Shown here piece by piece: positions 53,101 to 61,294 of a stretch of DNA of 64,000 nucleotides (position 1 is its first letter; each line of letters opens with the position of its first letter). Under the pieces are notes generated by a model. The model was given only the letters and a program-made list of their open reading frames with translations, searched no databases and was not told the DNA's origin. This DNA is from Anaeromyxobacteraceae bacterium (GTDB taxonomy: Bacteria; Myxococcota; Myxococcia; Myxococcales; Anaeromyxobacteraceae). The DNA lies in the NCBI GenBank assembly GCA_047602405.1, contig JASGHJ010000002.1, positions 288,001 to 352,000 of the forward strand, written 5' to 3'. A program made the translations under genes and the position numbers.

Positions 53101-54001
53101 TCACCCCGCCGCCGCCGCGAAGCTCACGAGGTCCTGGCCGTCGGTCCACTGCGCGTAGCCGAGCACCTTCGCGCCCAGGCCGGAGGCCCGCATCGCCGCG
53201 TAGATCGGCGCGACGCCGCACAGGCGCCGCCGCTCGTCCTGGCGCACCGCCTCCCGGAAGAACGCCTCGGGGTCGCCCCCCTCGAGGGCGGCGAGCGTGC
53301 GGCGGTCGAGCGCGGCGAGCTCCGTGCGCTCCACCGGGTCGAGCGGGCGGGCGTCGCCGTACATGGGCCCCGCGTGCGCGAGGTCGGCGCCGGCGACGTA
53401 GCAGACGTTCCGGCCGCGCAGCTCCCGGCCGAGGGCGTCCAGGAAGGCGAGGGTCGCGCGGGCGGGGTCCCTCAGCTGCGAGAATCGACGAGCAGAGCAC
53501 CGGGAGGACCCTGGCCGGGCGCCGGTTCGCGCGCAGCAGCGCGAGCAGCGGGAGCTCGATGGCGTGCTCCCCGGCGTGCACGTCCTCGTCGCCGAGCACC
53601 TCGTCCTCGCCGAGGCGCCTCACGAGCTCGTCCACGAGCGCGCGGTCGGTGGGGATGCAGCCGAGCGGGGTCGTGTAGTCGAGGCGGGTGAGCGTGAAGA
53701 GGTGGGGCGGGGTGACGTGGGCGGTGCCGAAGACGACGTAGAGCTCCGCGTCGGCGCCGGCGAGCGCGCGCGCGGCGGGCGCGTAGACCCGGGCGCCGCG
53801 GGTGAAGTCGACGTGCGGCACGACCACGAGCCGGGGCGGCTCGTCCGGCCACCGCGGGGCGGGCAGTTCGAGCCAGCGGTCGAGCGCCCGGGCGAGCGCG
53901 GCGGGGTCCTCCGGGTACACGCCGCCCGCGCACGAGGGTGGGCGGTGGGGCTGGGCGCGGTAGGCGGCGAGCGCGCGGCTCCGGGGTCCGGGCACGGGCA
54001 T
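53101..54001 (-). CDS. MEMO1/AmmeMemoRadiSam protein B-like (one +1 frameshift at ~53483)
   Basis: AGGVYP, VPHVD, GTAH, EHAIELPL; after correction GADLAHAGPMYGD and LCGVAP. Confidence 0.82.
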
Positions 54002-54078
54002 GTCCGGGGATGTCGTAACGCGAGCCGGCCCGGACGCGCCGTCGCGCAAGCGTGGGAAGGCCGGAAGGGGCGGTTCGC

Positions 54079-55732
54079 TTACCGCTTGTTCTTCTTCCGG
54101 TTCTTCTTCTTGTTCTGGCGCTCCTGCTTGCGCTTCTTGCGGCGCGCCTCCTGATCGGCGCGGGACTCGAGCGCGATCGGCTCGGGCGAGTAGCCCATCA
54201 TCCGCGCGCGGGCCATGGCGCCCGCGGCCATGGGCGGGGTGTAGCCCTTCGGCAGCCCCATCGCCTTCGCGGCCTCGGGCGGGATCATCCCGCCGCGCAT
54301 CGCCTGCTGGACCGCGTCGGCGTCGGCGCCGAGCACGTCCTCCATGCCCTTGCCCTGCAGCTGGCGCAGCTGCATGAGCTGCTTCACGCCGGGCAGGCGC
54401 GCGAGGAGGCCGGGCGCGGAGCCGACCTGCTTCATGACCCCGCGCATCTGGTTGTAGTGCTTGAGGAGCTCCTTGACCTCCTTCTCGCTGCGGCCGGAGC
54501 CCTTCGCGATGCGCTTCTGGCGGCGCTCGTCGACGAGGTCGGGGCGCGCGCGCTCCGTCTTCGTCATCGAGTCGACCATCGCGACGATGCGGTCGAGCGC
54601 CTTGTCGTCGAACTGGAAGCCCTCGGGAAGCTCCCCGAACAGCGGGAACTTCTCCATGATGTCGCCGAGCGAGCCCATCTTCCGCACGAGGCGGAATCTG
54701 GTTCACGAAGTCGTCGAGCGTGAAGTCGCCGGAGAGGATCTTCGCGGCGTCGCGCTCCGCGGTCTCCTCGTCGACGTGCTGCTCGAAGTCCTTCACGAGC
54801 CCGACGACGTCGCCGAAGCCCAGGATGCGGGAGGCGAGGCCCTCGGGCCGGAACTCCTCGAGGCGGTCGAGCGACTCGCCCATGCCGAGGAACTTGATGG
54901 GCTTGCCGGTGACCTCCTTGATCGAGAGCGCCGCGCCGCCGCGGGCGTCGCCGTCGAGCTTCGTGAGCACGAAGCCGTCGAGCACGAGGCGCCGGTCGAA
55001 CTCGGCCGCGGTCTTCACGGCGTCCTGGCCGATCATGGCGTCGGCGACGAGGAGGATGTTCTCCGGCGCGACCTCGCCCTTGATCTGCTCGAGCTCCTGC
55101 ATGAGCTCGTCGTCGATCGCGAGGCGGCCGGCGGTGTCGTAGATGACGACCGCGGCCTTCTCGCGGGCGGCGGCGTCGAGCGCGTGGCGGCACATGGCCG
55201 GCGGCGCGACGCCCGGCTCGTGGAACACGGTGACGCCGAGCTTCTCGCCGAGGACCTTGAGCTGGTCGACGGCGGCGGGGCGGTAGACGTCGGCGGCGAC
55301 GAGCAGCGGCCGCTTGCCCTCGTCGAGCAGCTTTTTCGCGATCTTGCCGGCGGTGGTCGTCTTGCCGGAGCCCTGGAGGCCGACCATCATGATGCCGGTC
55401 GGGCGGGCGCGGTCCTTGCCGAACCGCAGCGACGTGTCGACCGGGCCCATCAGGCCCTCGAGCTCGTCGTGGCAGATCTTGATGAAGTGGTCCTGCGGCC
55501 CGACCTTGAGCGTGCCCTTCGCGGTCTTGACCTTCGTCTCGACCACCTCGCCGATGGCCTTCTCGCGCACGCGCGCGACGAAGCGCTTCACGACGTCGAA
55601 CGAGACGTCGGCCTCGAGGAGGGAGACGCGGATGTCCCGGAGCGCGTCGTCGACCACCTCGGCGGTGATCTCGGTGCGCCCCGAGAGCTTGTTCCTGGCG
55701 GCCTTGAAGCCCTTGGCGACGGTCTCGAGCAC
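54079..55732 (-). CDS. ffh: Signal recognition particle protein Ffh (one +1 frameshift at ~54695)
   Basis: GLQGSGKTT, DVYRPAA, DTAGR, TKLDGDARGG; M domain (SMTKTER..RIAKGSG) in the 54079..54687 frame. Confidence 0.95.
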
Positions 55733-55769
55733 GGGCGGGCCTTATAACACGGGCCCAGGGAGGTTTCCC

Positions 55770-56285
55770 CTGCCGTTTGGCTACTATGCACGCCTGTCCA
55801 AGAGGGACCAGGCGACCTACCGGAGGAGCGACGCGGCCGGCCCGTGGAGCGTCCCGGAGGGCGCCCGGGACGCGCTCGCGCCCTGGGTGGAGGCGCTCCG
55901 GGCGGGCCTCGCGGCGGACGACCCGCGCACGGTGCGGGACGCCTCGGTCGCGCTCTGCGCGGGGCTCTCGGCCGCCCTCGGCGCGCCCCCGCCGCGGGTG
56001 GACATCCTCGCGGTGCGCCCGAGCGAGGAGTGGGGCGAGCTCCACGGGCTCTACACGACGGGTGACGAGCCGGCCCGGATCCGCGTGTGGATGCGCACCG
56101 CGAAGAAGGGGCGGGTGGTGGCGTTCCGGACCTTCCTCCGGACGCTGCTCCACGAGCTCGGCCACCACCTGGACTTCGAGGTGCTGCGGCTCGACCAGAG
56201 CTTCCACACCGAGGGGTTCTTCCGCCGCGAGTCGGGGCTCGTGCGCGCGCTGCTCGGCGAGCCGGAGCGGCGGGACGACGGGTAG
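55770..56285 (+). CDS. Small HExxH (SprT/minigluzincin-like) protein; probable CTG start
   Basis: LHGLY..FLRTLLHELGHHLD..SFHTEGF; SD GGGAGG 6 nt before CTG. Confidence 0.68.
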   Translation: MPFGYYARLSKRDQATYRRSDAAGPWSVPEGARDALAPWVEALRAGLAADDPRTVRDASVALCAGLSAALGAPPPRVDILAVRPSEEWGELHGLYTTGDEPARIRVWMRTAKKGRVVAFRTFLRTLLHELGHHLDFEVLRLDQSFHTEGFFRRESGLVRALLGEPERRDDG

Positions 56286-56299
56286 GCGGGCGGCTGCGG

Positions 56300-56707
56300 C
56301 TACGCCGCGAGGCGCGGCGGGACCAGCTCGCCGATCGCGGTGAAGAGGTCGCCGAGGCCGAACGGCTTCGGCAGGTAGCGGTCCGGCGCGCACGCGCCCG
56401 GCGCCTGGGCCGAGATCACGACCACCGGGATGTCGGCGAGCGCGGCGTCCTCGAGCTGCGCCTCGCGGAACTCCCACCCGTTCATCACCGGCATCATGAG
56501 GTCGAGCAGGATGACGTCCGGGAGCGGGTCGCGCGCGAGCCGCGCCAGCGCCTCCTCGCCGTGCCCCGCGAGCTCCACCGCGTAGCCCTCGAAGCGGAGC
56601 GCCTCGGAGAGCGACTCGCGGATGTCGGGATCGTCCTCGACGAGGAGCACGCGCGCGCGCGGCGCGTCGGAGATCGTGTGGCCGGAGGTGGTGGTCTCGC
56701 CGAGCAT
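56300..56707 (-). CDS. Single-domain response regulator (CheY-like)
   Basis: VLLVEDD..LLDLMMPVMNG..YLPKP. Confidence 0.88.
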   Translation of the reverse strand: MLGETTTSGHTISDAPRARVLLVEDDPDIRESLSEALRFEGYAVELAGHGEEALARLARDPLPDVILLDLMMPVMNGWEFREAQLEDAALADIPVVVISAQAPGACAPDRYLPKPFGLGDLFTAIGELVPPRLAA

Positions 56708-56720
56708 CGACGGCTCATAG

Positions 56721-56736
56721 TGCAAGGAAAGCGCCG
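56721..56736 (-). promoter_or_regulatory. Putative sigma54 promoter of the single-domain response regulator
   Basis: CGGCGC-TTTCC-TTGCA with GG-N10-GC spacing. Confidence 0.45.
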
Positions 56737-56845
56737 TCGGGCGGAATGCCACGGCCGAGGGGCCCCGTTGCCGGGCTCAGGGCAGACCCGAGCGTACCGT
56801 GGGTAGAGCGGAGCGCCCGACCGGCCCGGGTCCGAGCCGGAAAGG

Positions 56846-56931
56846 TAGGGCCGCCCGGGATCGAACCGGGGCGCCGCTCGCGCGGCAGGGGATTTTAAGT
56901 CCCCCGCGTCTACCAGCTCCGCCACGGCCCC
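56846..56931 (-). tRNA. tRNA-Leu(TAA)
   Basis: Acceptor GGGGCCG/CGGCCCT, D arm TGGCGGAGCTGGTAGACGC, anticodon arm GGGGA-CT-TAA-AA-TCCCC, long variable arm, GGTTCGATCC; CCA not fully encoded (ACCT). Confidence 0.95.
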
Positions 56932-56936
56932 GCCGC

Positions 56937-56942
56937 ATGATA
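56937..56942 (-). promoter_or_regulatory. -10 box of the tRNA-Leu gene
   Basis: TATCAT followed by GC-rich GCGGC immediately before the tRNA 5' end. Confidence 0.45.
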
Positions 56943-57133
56943 CCCCGACCTCGCCTCCGGACCTTTCCGGCGCGCCCCCCGCGGGATGATCGACGTCTTC
57001 ACGTCGGGTGGAGTGTGCGCCGGGAGGCCCGTCTCGCGCAGCGCTTTCGCGACCCAGCCGGGTCGGGAGTCGGGCCCGCGTGACCCCGGGTGCGCCCTGG
57101 CCGGCCCCGTTCCGGGGCCGCCGGAGCCGAGGC

Positions 57134-60060
57134 TCACAGCGGCGCGTGCGGCTCCGGCGCCTGGCCGACGGCGCGCGCGAGCGAGGTGGGCTCGACGGGC
57201 TTCGTGAGGTGCAGGTCGAAGCCCGCGGCTCGGGCCCGCTCCTGGTCCTCGAGCTGTCCGTAGCCCGACACCGCGACGATCTGGAGCGCGTCGCCCCGCG
57301 CGCTGGCCCTCAGGCGCCGCGCGACCTCGTAGCCGTCCATCTCGGGCAGGCCGATGTCGAGCAGCACCACGTCCGGCGCGAACCGGTCCGCGAGCGCGAG
57401 CGCCGCCGGGCCGTCGGGCGCCCAGCGCGCCTCGTGGCCGAGGAGCTTCAGCACCTCCACGAGCGTCTCGGCGGCGTCCGCGTTGTCCTCGACGACGAGC
57501 ACGCGACGGGTCCCGGTGGGCAGCGGGAGGTGGCGCGGGGGAGGTGTCGGCGCCCGCGCCGCGAGCGGCAGCCTCACCTCGAACGTGCTGCCGAGGCCGG
57601 TCCCCGCGGAGTGGGCGGAGACCTCGCCGCCGTGCAGCTCCACGAGGCGCTTCACGAGCGTGAGCCCGAGGCCGAGGCCGCCCGAGGTGCGGGCGAGCCC
57701 CTTCTCGCCCTGCACGAAGAAGCTCGAACACGCGGGGGAGGAGCTCGGGCGGGATCCCGCTGCCGCGGTCGGAGACGCGCAGGACCGCGCGGCCGCCCTC
57801 GCCGGCGAGGTCGACCGCGATGCTGCCGCCGGGCGGCGAGTACTTCACCGCGTTGTTGAGCAGGTTCGCTACGATCTGCTCGAGGCGGGTGGGGTCGCCG
57901 TCCAGCTCGAGGCCGGGCGCGAGCTGCACGGAGAGCCGGTGGCCGAGCGAGTCGGCGAGGTCGCGCTGTGACTCGACCGCGCTCGCGACGACGTCGTCGA
58001 GGCGGACGCGCTCCTTGCGGAGCTCCACGAGGCCGCGGGTGATGCGCGAGACGTCGAGGAGGTCGTCGAGGATGCGCGACGCGTTCCCGGCCTGTCGCTC
58101 GAGGATGCCGACCGCGCGGCTCGAGTCGCGGCCGACGGCGGCGCGCCCGCGGATGACGTGGGCGGCGCTGCGGATCGCGGCGAGCGGGTTGCGCAGCTCG
58201 TGGGCGAGCATCGCGAGGAACTGGTCCTTCTGCCGGTTCGCGACGTCGAGGGCGACGGTGGCGGTGCGCAGCGCCCCCTCGGTCTCCTTCTGCGTGGTCA
58301 CGTCCCACGCCGCCTCCACCGCGCCGGAGATCGCGCCGCCGCCGTCGTGGAGCGGGGCGGCCGAGAGGCTCAGGGTCCGGATCCGGCCGCCCGGCACCGG
58401 GACCCGGACCTCCTCGCGCTCCACCCGCTCGCCCGCGAGCGCGCGCGCGAGCGGCAGCTCCGCGGCGAGGACGGGGCGGCCGTCGGGGTGGGTGGCGCCG
58501 ACCGGCACCGCGGCGAGCGCGCTGCGCCCGAGGAGCTGCTCGCCGGGGCCGGCCTGCGCGATCGCGGTGGCGTTCACGATGATGACCCGGCCGCTCGCGT
58601 CGGCCACCGAGACGCCGGCGGGGAGGGCGTCGAGGATCGCCGAGAGGTGCGCCCGCTCCCGCGCGAGCGCCTCGTCGAGCTGGACGCGCTCGAGCGCCTG
58701 CGCGCACTTGCGGACGTGCGAGAGCATCTCGTCTCGCACGTCGGCCGGGAAGCTCTGCTCCTCGCGGAAGGTGAGCCCGACCACGCCCAGGCAGCGGTCC
58801 TCGACGAGGAGCGGCAGGCACGCCCACGCGGCGGCGTGCAGGAGCTGCGAGCGGTCCCAGCCCGGGTACGCGGCGGCGCGCTCCGCCTCGGTCCCGAGCC
58901 ACTGCGCCTCGCGCAGGGCCGCCGCGGCGGTGATGGGGAACGGCGCCGTGATCGGGAGGCGCTCGTACGGTCGGACCTGCGCGTCGGGGTAGCCGCGCCA
59001 CCCGACCGCGCGGAGGTGCCGGCCGTCCTGGGGATCGAGGAGCGTGACGACGCCGGCCGCGGCGCCGAACGCGCCCAGGCCGTCGTCGAGGATCGCCGTG
59101 ACCACGTCCGACGGGGTCCGCGTGGCCGCGAGCGCCGCGGTCAGGCGCTGGCTCTCTCTGCAGCCGCACGCGGGCGACGCGCTCGGCCCGGCTCGCGCGC
59201 GCCCGCTGGATCGCGAGCGCGCACTGCGCGGCGATGGCGCGGCCGAACGAGAGGTCCGGGCCGGAGCGTGCGTGGGCGACGCGGTCGGCGACGACGAACA
59301 CCCCCACCGGCGCCGGCTCCGCCGCGAGCGGCAACACGAGGGCGGCCTCGAGGCCGAGCCGCTCGAGCCAGCTCCGCACGGCCGGCGCGGCCTGCTCCAC
59401 GGTCAGGGTCTCGGGCTGCCCACGGTCCACCGCACGAGCGAGGATCGGCGCCTCCCGGAGCGGGATGGCGTGGCCGAGCCGCCCGGCCTCGGCGCTCTCG
59501 AACACGCAGCGCAGGTGTTCGTCCTCCCGCAGCCAGATCGTCCCGTCGACGCCGCCGAGGAGCTCGACGGCCCGGGTGAGGGAGTTCCGCGCGACGGCGC
59601 CGAGGTCGGGGTCGGCCGCGAGCTCGGAGACCATGCGGGCGAACAGGTCGGCGCGGGCCTCGGCCCGCACGGCCCCGGTGGTCTCGAAGGCGACCCCGAG
59701 CGCGCCCTCCACGCGCCCCTCGGCGTCGAGGACGGGGTCGAGCGCGACCGTGAAGTGCCGGCGGTCCCCCCCGGGGCCGATCGCCAGATCCACGTCCCGG
59801 AGCTCCACCCGCTGCCCCTCGAGCAGCCGGGCGAGCTCGCGCTCGTACCGCGCGGTCCCCCAGCCCGGGACCTCCCGGACGGGCATGCCCACCGGGTCCG
59901 CGCCCGGGCAGAGGGCACGGGCGGCTGCGTTGGCGTGCTCCACGACGAGCGCGGGCCCACGCAGATAGACCACCGCCATCGAGGGATGCTCGTACAGCAG
60001 GCGGGCCGGGCCGGCCGGGGGGAGGGCTCCGGCCCGGGCGGGTCCATCGGCAGCGGGCAC
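57134..60060 (-). CDS. Hybrid sensor kinase PAS-GAF-GAF-PAS-HisKA-HATPase-REC (two +1 frameshifts at ~57720 and ~59155; start uncertain)
   Basis: LAHELRNPL, NLLNNAVKYS, DRGSGI, GGLGLGL and C-terminal REC VLVVEDN..LLDIGLP. Confidence 0.85.
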
Positions 60061-60122
60061 CGGCCGAGGGTGTACATCCCATCGAGGTCTCGCAAGCTGC
60101 AGCGGCCGGGTGCCCCCTCCGG

Positions 60123-61145
60123 TCAGCGGCCGTAGCGCTCCTCGAAGAGCCGCCGCAGGCCGGGGTTCCGGCGCAGCACACCGAGCGTGAGGTCGGCGTG
60201 ACCGGGCACGTAGCCGTTCCCGATGACGAGGGCCGCGTCCTTGCCGACGCCCTCGGCGCCGAGGGCCGCGGCCGTGAAGCTCGTCGCCATCGAGAAGAAG
60301 AGCACGGTGCCGCCGTCCTTCGCGGCGAGCATTGAGGCCATCTCGGTGCCCGGCACCGACGCGCAGTTCACGACGAGATTGAAGGTGCCGCCGGTGGCCT
60401 GCACGCGGGCGAGCGCCCCCACGCCGTCGGTCGCGTCGAGCGCGAGCGTGCGATCGCAGACGCCCGCGCCCTGCACGGCCGCGAGCGCCGCCGGGGAGAG
60501 GTCGCACGCGACGACCTCGCCGTCGCCCGCGAGGAGCTCCTTCGCGTGGGCGCAGACGAGCGCGCCCGACTTGCCGGCGCCGAGCACGAGGACGCGCATG
60601 CCGGGCCGGACGTAACGCGCGGCGAGGGCGGGGGCGCCGCACACGTCGAGCGCGGCGAGGGCGAGCGTCTCCGGGAGGTCCGAGGGCAGCGCGGCCCAGA
60701 GGCCCGAGGCGAAGAGGATGGCCTCGCCCTCGCACTCGATCCGGTCGATGGCCGGGCGCACCGCGCGGATGGCGTCGAGGCGGAGCGGGGTCAGCGTGAG
60801 GGACACGAGCGTCGCGACGCGGTCGCCCGGGCGGACCTTCCCGGCGGCAGGGTGGGCGGGCCCGACGGCCTTCACGCGGCCGATGAGCATGCCGCCGGAG
60901 CCGGTGACCGGGTTGTGGAGCTTCCCGCGGGTGCGGACGATCCGGAGGACCTCGTCCGCGATCTTCCCGGGGTCCCCGCCGGCGACCCCGGAGAGCTGCT
61001 TGAAGCTCGCGGCGTCGACGTTGAGGGCGTCGACCGAGATGGAGAGCTCGTCGTCGCCGAGCGGGAGCGCAGGGTCCAGGACGTCCGCGCGCTGGGGGAG
61101 CACGCCCTTCGGGGAGACCACGCGGCGCAGGCCGTAGGGATCGAT
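60123..61145 (-). CDS. kdd: L-erythro-3,5-diaminohexanoate dehydrogenase
   Basis: PYGLRRV..GVLPQRA, LNVDAASF, RGKLHNPVTGSGGMLIG, TLVSLTLTPL, DVCGAP, FFSMATSF..ALGAEGVGKD..IGNGY. Confidence 0.87.
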   Translation of the reverse strand: MDPYGLRRVVSPKGVLPQRADVLDPALPLGDDELSISVDALNVDAASFKQLSGVAGGDPGKIADEVLRIVRTRGKLHNPVTGSGGMLIGRVKAVGPAHPAAGKVRPGDRVATLVSLTLTPLRLDAIRAVRPAIDRIECEGEAILFASGLWAALPSDLPETLALAALDVCGAPALAARYVRPGMRVLVLGAGKSGALVCAHAKELLAGDGEVVACDLSPAALAAVQGAGVCDRTLALDATDGVGALARVQATGGTFNLVVNCASVPGTEMASMLAAKDGGTVLFFSMATSFTAAALGAEGVGKDAALVIGNGYVPGHADLTLGVLRRNPGLRRLFEERYGR

Positions 61146-61159
61146 GGGGGCGCGTTATA

Positions 61160-61226
61160 TCCGACTCCGGGTCCGAATCCGATCCCGACTCGGATTCGGA
61201 CTCGGACTCGGATTCGGACTCGGACT
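61160..61226. repeat. Hexamer tandem repeat with internal inversion (TCCGAN)n(TCGGAN)n
   Basis: Eleven 6-nt units; the first half is approximately the reverse complement of the second. Confidence 0.8.
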
Positions 61227-61294
61227 GCCTGCGACCGCCTCCTCGCGATGCTCTACCGGCTCACCTCGCCGCGGGCGGGGTGAGGCGCTCCGGC

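Noticed and set aside
54079..55732. ffh, thrB, gltD, gltI and others as pseudogenes or programmed frameshifts
   Set aside because: Each break is one extra base at a recurrent motif, with no slippery heptamers and no other decay, and ffh is essential; sequencing error is more likely.
56943..57133. Small ORF or ncRNA upstream of tRNA-Leu
   Set aside because: No convincing SD, codon bias or recognisable RNA family; only short GC hairpins.
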